Assembly (NCBI GenBank): GCA_963678065.2
Contig: CAXXVZ010000003.1
Span: 1,408,001-1,472,000 of the forward strand
Direction: 5' to 3'
DNA length: 64,000 nucleotides
Source: Treponemataceae bacterium
Lineage (GTDB): Bacteria; Spirochaetota; Spirochaetia; Treponematales; Rectinemataceae
Shown piece by piece: positions 9,494 through 17,710 of the stretch. Made by a program: the position numbers and the translations under genes. Below the pieces are notes generated by a model. The model searched no databases. It saw only the letters and a program-made list of their open reading frames with translations, and was not told the origin of the DNA. Each line of letters opens with the position of its first letter. Position 1 is the first letter of the stretch.

Positions 9494-12396
9494 AAGTCTC
9501 CTTCACCCTCAACGGGAAAAAAGTCGCATGGGAAGCGGGAGAAGGCGAGAGCCTCAAAACCCTGCTCCGGCGCAAGGGCATAAGCTCGATCAAGGATGGC
9601 TGCGACGGCGAGGGCTCCTGCGGCCTTTGCGCGGTCATCATGAACCGCAAGCTCGTCAACTCCTGCCTCCTCCTCGCTCCCCAGGTCGAGGGGGCCGAGG
9701 TCCTCACGGTCGAGCACTTCTCCAAAGACCGAAAGCTCTCGGTCGTCCAGCGAGCCCTCGTCGACGCGGCCTGCGTCCAGTGCGGCTACTGCACCCCCGC
9801 GGTCGTCCTCGCGGTCCACGAACTTCTCGAGCGCGACCGCAACCCCGACGAGGCCGCCATCCGCGACGCTCTCTCGGGAACCATCTGCCGCTGCACGGGC
9901 TACGAGCAGTTCTACAACGCCGTCCGGATCGCCTCGCGCCGCCTCGACGATCCTTCCTACGCCGAGTCGGCCGCCCCCGAGTTCCGCCCCGACCTCAGGC
10001 ACATCGGCAAGGACCGCGAGAAGGTCGACGCGGCCAGTCTCGTGCGCGGCGAGAAGGCCTTCGTGGAGGACCGCCTCGACTCAGGCGCCTGCCACCTGAA
10101 GCTTCTCGGAAGCCCCCACGCCCACGCCTGGATAAGCTCGATCGACACATCCGAGGCGGAAGGTATGCCCGGCGTCGTCGCCGTGCTGACCCACAAAAAC
10201 TGCCCCGATCAGGTCTACACGACAGCCGGCCAGGGCTTCCCCGAGCCCTCGCCCCACGACCAGCGCATGTTCTCGCGCAAAGTCAGGCATGTGGGCGACC
10301 GCGTCGCCGCCATCCTCGCCGAGACTCCCGAGGAGGCCGAGGCCGCCCTCGCGACGATAAAGGTCGAGTACGAGGTCCTGAAACCCGTCCTCTCCATCGC
10401 CGAGGCCAAGGCCCCCGGCGCGCCCATCGTCCACTCGGGCGAGGTCCGCTACGTGGCCGGCTCAGCCCCCGCGGGGACCTCGACGGCCGGAGACGGCCGC
10501 GACGACCCGATAATCTATCAGTTCCCCCTCCATTCCGACCCCCACCGCAACCTCGCGGCGAGCGCCGAGGCCGGCATCGGCGACATCGACTCGGGCTTCG
10601 CCGAGGCCGACGTCGTGATCGAGCGGAGCTACCGCGGCAACCGCGTGCAGTCGACCCCCTTGGAGCCCCACGAGGTCTTCGCGAAGATGGATCGCGACAG
10701 GCTCGTGCTGCACGCCTCGACCCAGGTTCCCTGGCACGTCAGACGCATTGTCGCCCGAGTCATCGGCATCCCCGAAAACAAGGTCCGCGTCATCAAGGAG
10801 CGCGTCGGCGGCGGTTTCGGCGCCAAGCAGGACATCGTCGTCGAGGACCTCGCCGGCTATCTCGCCTGGACCACCGGGCGATCGGTCTTCTTCCGCTACA
10901 CGAGAGAGCAGGAGTTCATGGCGAGCCGCACCCGCCACGCCATGGAGATCACCGTGAAGCTCGGCGCGAAGCGCGACGGCAAACTCACGGCCATCCTCAT
11001 GAAGCTCGACGCGGACACCGGACCCTACGGCCAGCACTGCCTGACCGTACCCATGAACGCCATCTCCAAAAGCCTGCCGCTGCTCCTGTGCGATAACGCC
11101 CGCTTCGAGGTCAAAAGCTACTACACGAACCTCTCCCCCGCCGGAGCCTATCAGGGCTACGGGGCTCCCAAGGGTTCTTTCGCCCTCCAGACCTGCCTCG
11201 CCGAGCTCGCGGCGGAACTTGGAATTCCCCAGCTCGACATGATCGAGAGGAACCGCGTGCGCTCCGGCAGCCGCATCGAGATTCTCAAAAGCCTCGGCGA
11301 AGGTCGCGAAGGCGCCGCCGTGACCCTGGGCGAGTGCGGCCTCGGCGACATGATCGATCGCGGAAAGGCCGACATGAACTGGGGACAGAGCTGGCCTCCC
11401 GCCGCGGCCCTCAGATCCGCCTTGGGAGCCGGCGGCGCCGCAGCCGATCCCGACATCGCGCTCGGCCGCGGCGCCGTCATCATCCAGCAGGGCTCGGGTC
11501 TGCCCGGCCTGGACGCCGCCAACGCCGAGATCCGCCTTCTCGCCGACGGCACCCTCCTCCTCCTCTCAGGCGGCGCCGACCTGGGGACAGGGCTCGACAC
11601 AGTCACCGCCAAAGCGGCTGCCGAGATCCTCGGCCTCGACATGGAGGACGTGGCCGTCGTCTCGGGCGACACCGACACGACCCCCTTCGACAAGGGCGCC
11701 TACGCCTCCTCGGGCACCTACTTCTCCGGCAACGCCGCCGTGAAGGCCGCCGAGGACCTGCGCGCCAAGGTGCTCGCCGTAGCCTCGGTCGTCCTCGGAG
11801 AACCCGTTTCCGACCTCGCCATCGCCCACCGCGGGCGCATCGTCGGCAAGAAGGGCGAGACGACCCTCGCCAAACTCGCCCACATATCGGTGCAGGGCGA
11901 GGGCCACGGAGACCTCGTCGGCTCGGGTTGCTTCAAGACCGACCACGCCGCCTTCCCCTACGGCGTCCACATCGCCGAGGTCGCGGTGAACCGTCGCACC
12001 GGCGACGTGAAAGTGCGCAAATACTACGCCTACCAGGACTGCGGCACGCCCATCAATCCGGCCCTCGCCAAGGGCCAGATCTACGGCGCCGCCCTCAAGT
12101 CCATCGGCCACTCGCTCTACGAGGAAATGCTCTACGACGAGAAGGGACAGTGCCTGAATCCGCGCTTCCTCGACTACAAGGTCCCCACCGTCTTCGAGGT
12201 TCCGGATGACTTCCGCGTCGAGCTCATGCCCGTCGCGGACGAGGTCGGCCCCTTCGGTGGCAAGTCTATCTCCGAGATCGCCGTCAACGGCGCCGCCCCG
12301 GCCATCGCCATCGCCATCCACGACGCGATCGGCGTCTGGTGCCGTGAGTGGCCCTTCACGCCTGAGCGCATCCTGAAGGCGATGGGGAAGATATGA
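9490..12396 (+). CDS. xdhD: Fused [2Fe-2S]/molybdopterin xanthine-dehydrogenase-family subunit (XdhD-like)
   Basis: GCDGEGSCGLC, QCGYCTP and CRCTGY 2Fe-2S motifs; VGGGFGAKQ, AYQGYGAP, GAYASSGT, GPFGGKSISE Moco-domain motifs. Confidence 0.88.
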   Translation: MKVSFTLNGKKVAWEAGEGESLKTLLRRKGISSIKDGCDGEGSCGLCAVIMNRKLVNSCLLLAPQVEGAEVLTVEHFSKDRKLSVVQRALVDAACVQCGYCTPAVVLAVHELLERDRNPDEAAIRDALSGTICRCTGYEQFYNAVRIASRRLDDPSYAESAAPEFRPDLRHIGKDREKVDAASLVRGEKAFVEDRLDSGACHLKLLGSPHAHAWISSIDTSEAEGMPGVVAVLTHKNCPDQVYTTAGQGFPEPSPHDQRMFSRKVRHVGDRVAAILAETPEEAEAALATIKVEYEVLKPVLSIAEAKAPGAPIVHSGEVRYVAGSAPAGTSTAGDGRDDPIIYQFPLHSDPHRNLAASAEAGIGDIDSGFAEADVVIERSYRGNRVQSTPLEPHEVFAKMDRDRLVLHASTQVPWHVRRIVARVIGIPENKVRVIKERVGGGFGAKQDIVVEDLAGYLAWTTGRSVFFRYTREQEFMASRTRHAMEITVKLGAKRDGKLTAILMKLDADTGPYGQHCLTVPMNAISKSLPLLLCDNARFEVKSYYTNLSPAGAYQGYGAPKGSFALQTCLAELAAELGIPQLDMIERNRVRSGSRIEILKSLGEGREGAAVTLGECGLGDMIDRGKADMNWGQSWPPAAALRSALGAGGAAADPDIALGRGAVIIQQGSGLPGLDAANAEIRLLADGTLLLLSGGADLGTGLDTVTAKAAAEILGLDMEDVAVVSGDTDTTPFDKGAYASSGTYFSGNAAVKAAEDLRAKVLAVASVVLGEPVSDLAIAHRGRIVGKKGETTLAKLAHISVQGEGHGDLVGSGCFKTDHAAFPYGVHIAEVAVNRRTGDVKVRKYYAYQDCGTPINPALAKGQIYGAALKSIGHSLYEEMLYDEKGQCLNPRFLDYKVPTVFEVPDDFRVELMPVADEVGPFGGKSISEIAVNGAAPAIAIAIHDAIGVWCREWPFTPERILKAMGKI

Positions 12397-12433
12397 TCTG
12401 GATCGTTCAAACCGGTGCATAACAGTTGCTGTC

Positions 12434-12457
12434 AGGTGGGGACTCTAGTCCCCACCT
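12434..12457. repeat. Perfect 11-bp hairpin (REP-like, or xdhD terminator)
   Basis: AGGTGGGGACT-CT-AGTCCCCACCT. Confidence 0.7.
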
Positions 12458-12532
12458 AGCTGCCGCTTAGCTTAGCTGCTTAGCTGGAGTCGTTTTCTAT
12501 CAATAGGCGCAGCTCCAGTTCTACCTTCTCCC

Positions 12533-12612
12533 GAAACTCTGGGACAGTGCTCGAAACTCCTGAAACTCTCTGGGGACAGTGCTCGGATTTGTGCTGGTGG
12601 TGCTCGGATTTT
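12533..12612 (+). repeat. Direct repeats upstream of the RAYT
   Basis: GAAACTCT..GGGACAGTGCTCG occurs twice; GTGCTCGGATTT occurs twice. Confidence 0.7.
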
Positions 12613-12663
12613 CTAGGATTTGAGGATTCAAGCAAACCTCGTACTCGGTAGCGTATACATGGT

Positions 12664-13182
12664 ATGAGAAAGCCACGCGAGCTACAGGACGGCGCACGCT
12701 ATCACGTCACGGCGCGTGCGAACCGGAAAGAGATGATTCTCGATTCAGGTTCGATGAAGGAGCTTTTCCTTTCGGTCGTGAAAAGGGCAAAACAGAAGTA
12801 CCGTTTCCGGATCGAGAACTTCTGCATCATGGGAAACCACTTTCATTTCATTATCAAGCCTGCTAAGAGCGAGAACCTTTCCGCGATCATGCGCTGGATC
12901 ATGAGTGTGTTCGCCATGGCATACAACCGGATTCGTAATTTCACCGGTCATGTGTGGGGTTCGAGATTCTTTTCGCGGATCATCTCCGGGCTGCGAGAGT
13001 TCATGCATGTGTTCGGATATATTGACGACAATCCGGTGAAGGCCTGTCTGGTTGCCGACCGACGAACCTGGCGATATGGAGGACTCGGCCATATTCGAGA
13101 AGGATGTCGAGAGATTCTCGACGAGTGGCCAACCTGGCTTTCATTCTTGTTCCCGGACCATGCACCGCTTTTGCTTCATTAG
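12664..13182 (+). CDS. REP-associated tyrosine transposase (Y1 HUH, IS200-like superfamily)
   Basis: YHVTAR, CIMGNHFH (HUH), GHVWGSRF, YIDDNPVKA (catalytic Tyr) and W-x-Y C-terminal motif. Confidence 0.88.
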   Translation: MRKPRELQDGARYHVTARANRKEMILDSGSMKELFLSVVKRAKQKYRFRIENFCIMGNHFHFIIKPAKSENLSAIMRWIMSVFAMAYNRIRNFTGHVWGSRFFSRIISGLREFMHVFGYIDDNPVKACLVADRRTWRYGGLGHIREGCREILDEWPTWLSFLFPDHAPLLLH

Positions 13183-13260
13183 TCCGGGACTCTGACAAAT
13201 GAAGCTATGTGTGCCATCCCTGGATGGCCGATACTGGGAATGAACGGGCAGGAGTGAAAA

Positions 13261-13374
13261 ATGGCGATTCCAGACTACCAGCATGTGGAGGTTCTCCATC
13301 ACGATCGACGGAATCTCCGCAGCAAACACCCTTCTTTGAGCGAAACCCTCATCCACCTGTTCCCACAAATCTGA
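13261..13374 (+). pseudogene. Possible 5' stub of an Mrr restriction-endonuclease gene
   Basis: CAGGAG RBS followed by MAIPDYQ, which matches the typical Mrr N-terminus; unrelated sequence afterwards and a stop after 37 codons. Confidence 0.35.
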
Positions 13375-14302
13375 AGGGTTCCCTCCCGGGCACGTCCAGC
13401 CTGACGCGGAAAAGACAGCCCGCGTCAGGCTGTTCCGAAGGAACCGAGTCCAGCGATGCCGTAGTTATGATCAGCTCATCGAGGTTCTCACCTGCGAAGG
13501 CGCAGCAGGTTGTTTTTGCAGCGGGAACCTCGACGCGGTCGAGGATCTCGCCGGAGCGCGGGTCAGCCTTCACGACGGCCCCGCCGTTCCAGAGGGCGAT
13601 CCAGAGATAGCCTTGTGCGTCGATCGTGAGTCCGTCGGGAGAGCCCAGAGCTTCGGGGATGCGCAGAACAGTCCGGCGCTTGTAAAGGCGCCCTTCGATC
13701 GCGTCGAAGTCAAAGGCGTCGATGCGGCGAAGAGGGGTATCACAGTAGTAGAGCGTTCCGCAGTCGCAAGACCAGTCGAGTCCGTTGGAGACCCTGACAT
13801 CCCCGAAGAGGCTTGCCAGCCGGCCGTCGGCGTCGAGCCGGTAGAATTCCCCGCCGCCCTCTCTGCGCATGGTTCCGACGTAGAGCCTGCCGTCAGGACC
13901 AACCTTGCCGTCGTTGAAGCGGCTGCCCGCGATGGGCGTCTTCGCGTGCGCGGGCACAATTCTCCCGTCTTCCGTTAGAAAGTAGATCCCGTCCTCCATG
14001 GCCGCGAGAAGACCCCCTTCCGCGGTGAGGACGATGCATCCCGTCTCCTGCGGCAGTCTAAAGGCCGTCGACCGGCCTGTCGATCTTCCCGGCAATCCAT
14101 CGCGTGCCACACCGGGCGATGGGCCCGGCGATCCGGTCGTCGATCCGGACCTTGCCGCACCGGCCGCCCACTCGAGGGTTTGCATGCTGCGTCCCCTGAT
14201 GTCGACATAGCGCAGAAGTCGCTTTTCTGCGTCCCAGAGGGGAGACTCGCCCACGATGCTCCGGTGATCGTCGAATACTTCGAGCCCGCCATATCGTCCC
14301 AT
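13349..14302 (-). CDS. SMP-30/gluconolactonase/LRE family sugar lactonase
   Basis: VGESPLWD, RFNDGKV.PDGR, SNGLDWS, PDGLTIDAQG, CAFAGENL. Confidence 0.9.
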   Translation of the reverse strand: MGRYGGLEVFDDHRSIVGESPLWDAEKRLLRYVDIRGRSMQTLEWAAGAARSGSTTGSPGPSPGVARDGLPGRSTGRSTAFRLPQETGCIVLTAEGGLLAAMEDGIYFLTEDGRIVPAHAKTPIAGSRFNDGKVGPDGRLYVGTMRREGGGEFYRLDADGRLASLFGDVRVSNGLDWSCDCGTLYYCDTPLRRIDAFDFDAIEGRLYKRRTVLRIPEALGSPDGLTIDAQGYLWIALWNGGAVVKADPRSGEILDRVEVPAAKTTCCAFAGENLDELIITTASLDSVPSEQPDAGCLFRVRLDVPGREPFRFVGTGG

Positions 14303-14353
14303 CCTCTCCTCCCACGATCGTTTGTATCGACATTGCTGACATTGCAGGCTCCG

Positions 14354-16099
14354 TCAGTTCGCGTGCGTCTGGTGCGTCCTTCGCGGAATGCAGATCGCTA
14401 CCATCGACATCTTTCCGTTCTCGCTCTGCACTTCCACCGAATGATCCTCGGGATACAGAAGGCGCAAGCGCTGCAGGACGCTGTACGACCCGAATCCGAC
14501 CGCATCGGCGTCGACGCCCGGATCGGCGATCGCGCGCTTCAATCGTTCCAGAGCCCCGGACTCGAAGCCGCGCCCATTGTCGCACACTTCGACCCTGATC
14601 CTGTCGTTCCGGATGCTCGCGTCGACGTCGATCCTGAATCCCACATCGATTCCCGGGCAGAATCCGTGCACCAGAGAATTCTCGACGAGGGGCTGGAGTA
14701 TCATGTTGGGGACAGTGCTTTCCATGAGTGCATCGTCCGCGGTCACGGTGAAAATGACCTCCCGGCCGTAGGTCGAAGCGAAAATCCCGACGTAGCTGCG
14801 GATGTTGGCGATCTCCTCGCGCAGTGATACGAATTTCGTATCGTGTTTCCGGAGGATCGCCCGCAAGTACTCCCCGGCTTCCGTCGCGAGCCTTCCCGCC
14901 TTTTCGTTCTCGCCGAGACAGGAGAGAGCGTCGATCGTGGAGAGGATGTTACAGATGAAGTGGGGACTGACCTGCGATTGCAGGGAGCGGTATTTGATCT
15001 CCAGAAACTCGTACTCGGCCTGGTGCTTCTGATTCTCTTCGCTGACGATTCTCTCCATCGCCTGACCGAGTCTTCCGGTCATCCGATTGAAATGCTCGGC
15101 GAGCAGGCCGATCTCGTCGCGGGCATCCACTTTGATAATGGTGCCAAGTTTTCCGGAACTGACGTCTTCCATGCTGACGATCAGCGTGTTCACATTCCGC
15201 GTGATCGAATTGGAGATGATGACAGCGACGACGATGGCTCCGAGGCCGAGTACGAGGGCCAGGAGGTACACGAGTCGCTTCATCGATTGCCAGACGCGCA
15301 GCATCGAATCCATCGGCTCACAGTTCACGATGAACCATTCGCCGTCGGAACTCGAAAGGCCTGTCACATAGTACGTTTTCCCGCCATGTTCGAAGGGCGA
15401 GCTGATCCTGACTCCGCGCAGATCGAAGGCGATCTTCACCGCGTCTGTCATGGACTCGTCCAGCCCCGCACGGGAACTGACTATCCGCAAGTCGCGGTTG
15501 AGTATCGCCGCGGGCCAGGAGCTGTCACCCTCGCTTCCGAAAATCGAGCGAAGGTAGTCCTCGTCGACGCGGATGGCGATGACCCCGAGGTATTGCAGGG
15601 GGAAGATCTTGAAGATGTCTTTCTTGAGATAGACTCCGCCATCTTTTGCCCTGAGCCAGGCCGTCGGGCTTTCAGTGTCGAAAAAACCTTCGCCGGCCAG
15701 GGTCTCCATTTCGCGGATTTCCTCCTCAGACTGGTCGCGCGAGCCGAAATGGCGCCCGCCCTCCTTGTCGATGACGAGGACATCCCGGATGTAGGGAACC
15801 TCGGCGCACATGGTGCGCAAGATGCCCCGGACGGCGAGATTCTTCGAGGCGACGTCCGCGTTCTGGAGGAGATAGCCGGGAAGGCCTGAATTGGTGTACA
15901 GACGGAAGAGATTGCCGTCCATGTTCTGCGCGAAAAGTTCGAAACCCATGAGAGTCTGTTCGCAGAGTATGCGGTTGGCCTGCGCCTTTTCGGCGACCGT
16001 GTTCTTCTCGCCGACCCAGTCGCTGAAAACGGCGATCGAGACCGAGAGCGCAGCGATGATGAGGATGAACCCGAGAATCATTTTGTTTCGGAGTTTCAT
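14354..16099 (-). CDS. YesM-type sensor histidine kinase (HAMP)
   Basis: Two TM segments, DEIGLLAEHFN HAMP, LQSQVSPHF H-box, LQPLVENS..HG, DNGRG. Confidence 0.9.
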   Translation of the reverse strand: MKLRNKMILGFILIIAALSVSIAVFSDWVGEKNTVAEKAQANRILCEQTLMGFELFAQNMDGNLFRLYTNSGLPGYLLQNADVASKNLAVRGILRTMCAEVPYIRDVLVIDKEGGRHFGSRDQSEEEIREMETLAGEGFFDTESPTAWLRAKDGGVYLKKDIFKIFPLQYLGVIAIRVDEDYLRSIFGSEGDSSWPAAILNRDLRIVSSRAGLDESMTDAVKIAFDLRGVRISSPFEHGGKTYYVTGLSSSDGEWFIVNCEPMDSMLRVWQSMKRLVYLLALVLGLGAIVVAVIISNSITRNVNTLIVSMEDVSSGKLGTIIKVDARDEIGLLAEHFNRMTGRLGQAMERIVSEENQKHQAEYEFLEIKYRSLQSQVSPHFICNILSTIDALSCLGENEKAGRLATEAGEYLRAILRKHDTKFVSLREEIANIRSYVGIFASTYGREVIFTVTADDALMESTVPNMILQPLVENSLVHGFCPGIDVGFRIDVDASIRNDRIRVEVCDNGRGFESGALERLKRAIADPGVDADAVGFGSYSVLQRLRLLYPEDHSVEVQSENGKMSMVAICIPRRTHQTHAN

Positions 16100-17682
16100 C
16101 GCCTGTCCCGGACGGTGCTGCGGTAATCCCTCGGAGTGATGCCCTCCCTCCTCGTGAACACGTTGTAGAAGGTCACGTAGTTCTTGTAGCCGACGGCCTC
16201 GGAAATTTCGTTGATCCGGTAGCGAGGATCGAGGAGGAGGTTTTTGGCGAGGGCCATCTTGGCGTCGATCACGCAGTCGGAGTATTTCTTGCCTGTATGT
16301 TTTTTGACGAGGGCACTGACATAGGTGGGACTGACGGTGAAATGCGAGGCGAGGCCCTCCAGGGACAGGCGCTCCGAGGCGTGCAGGTCGATGTACAGGA
16401 GGATATTGTTGGCCAGAAGGGAGGACTTCGGTCCGGAAGGGCAGAGGCTGTCGGATACCTGCCTCACGAAGACCGAGAGAATCCTCTGCGCGAGCGCCAT
16501 GTCCGCGAGCCGCTTCAGCTGCCGCACGGTCTCGTCCACAAAGCCGGATACGTCGACGGAGCCCTCAGCCACCCTCCCCTTTATGAAACGGACACAGAAA
16601 TCGATGAAGTAGAACTTCATGATGAGGGGATCCCTGTTGGTCAGCTGCGCCAGCGAGGCGGAAAATTCCTTGAGGATCGCATCGGTGTCCTCGCGCCGTT
16701 CCCGGAGTTTTTCGCATGTCGCATCGACGAGAAGGGAAATGTCAGCGAAGCTTCTTCCCTTGATGTGGCCGAAACGATTCTCTGCGAAGGAATAGACCAC
16801 CTCATCACGGTCCGGACAGAGTTCCTCAGGGAGATCGAGGACTTCGCAGTACGCGGCGGGTAGATCCGAGTGCGAGTTGTGGAGACGGCTGACGCTGACC
16901 TGCCTGATCCGCATTCCGCAGCAGGTGAGGCATTTTATGGTTTCGACCACGAGGGAGCGCGGGACGCCTTCCTGTTCTTCCCTCAGGAAAAAAAACATGA
17001 TGAGTCGGTTGGAGAGATACAGGCTGACCGTCAGCGCGCTGTCCGACACCCGGCGCTCGGCCAAAAGCGAGGACAGAGCGTTTTCGTCGTAGAGTTCGAA
17101 GGCGTCCGTGGCGATGGCGAAAAACGACGAGAAGACGAGATTTTCCCGCTCCAGGAGAAATCTGATCCGGTCATCGGGCAGCATCAGATTGTTCAGGATG
17201 AGGGTCAGGGCGGCGACCCTCCCTGGCGCGGAAACCAGCAATGGCGTGGCGTTGCGAAGGGCTGTGTCCGGATTGCTCGCTGGATGGGCCAAAGTCGCGC
17301 GCCCGGCCTCGATGAGATGCACCGCCTTCATGACGGTTTCCGTGAGTTTCTTCCTGTCCACCGGTTTCAGCACATAGTCGAAGGCGCCGATCTTGAGTGC
17401 CCTGACGGCGTAGTCGAACTGGTCGTAGGCGCTGATGAAGATGACCTTGGCCTCCGGAAGGATTTCCCGGACCAGCTCGATCATCCTGAGGCCATCCATG
17501 CCAGGCATGTTTATATCGGAAAGGATGATGTCGGGCTTGTTGGCGATGATGGCCTGACGGCCCTGGAGTCCGTCGAAGGCTACCGCGGCGACAGAACAGC
17601 CGAGGAGATCCCAATCGATGGTTTTGGCGAGCATCTCGGCTGCATACCTGTTGTCGTCTATGATCACGACTCTGTACGGCAT
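16096..17682 (-). CDS. YesN-type response regulator with C-terminal AraC HTH
   Basis: VIIDD, SDINMPGMDG and YVLKP receiver motifs; EISEAVGY..F...F..EG.TP..YR AraC motif. Confidence 0.9.
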   Translation of the reverse strand: MPYRVVIIDDNRYAAEMLAKTIDWDLLGCSVAAVAFDGLQGRQAIIANKPDIILSDINMPGMDGLRMIELVREILPEAKVIFISAYDQFDYAVRALKIGAFDYVLKPVDRKKLTETVMKAVHLIEAGRATLAHPASNPDTALRNATPLLVSAPGRVAALTLILNNLMLPDDRIRFLLERENLVFSSFFAIATDAFELYDENALSSLLAERRVSDSALTVSLYLSNRLIMFFFLREEQEGVPRSLVVETIKCLTCCGMRIRQVSVSRLHNSHSDLPAAYCEVLDLPEELCPDRDEVVYSFAENRFGHIKGRSFADISLLVDATCEKLRERREDTDAILKEFSASLAQLTNRDPLIMKFYFIDFCVRFIKGRVAEGSVDVSGFVDETVRQLKRLADMALAQRILSVFVRQVSDSLCPSGPKSSLLANNILLYIDLHASERLSLEGLASHFTVSPTYVSALVKKHTGKKYSDCVIDAKMALAKNLLLDPRYRINEISEAVGYKNYVTFYNVFTRREGITPRDYRSTVRDRR

Positions 17683-17710
17683 CGGCGCCACCTTCCAATT
17701 CAAGGACAGA

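Larger units (their letters stand above)
12417..13210 (+). mobile_element. RAYT-containing element bounded by attC-like imperfect inverted arms
   Basis: GCATAAC-N6-TGTCAG (12417-12435) and CTGACA-N6-GCTATGT (13192-13210); GGGACTCT direct repeat at 12439 and 13186; more A/T-rich than flanks. Confidence 0.45.

Noticed and set aside
3..12396. Selenocysteine recoding in the selenium-linked ygfK/xdhD cluster
   Set aside because: No in-frame TGA interrupts a conserved domain; all TGAs are at normal termini
12460..12612. CRISPR array
   Set aside because: Only two or three short degenerate repeats, no regular unique spacers, and no cas genes
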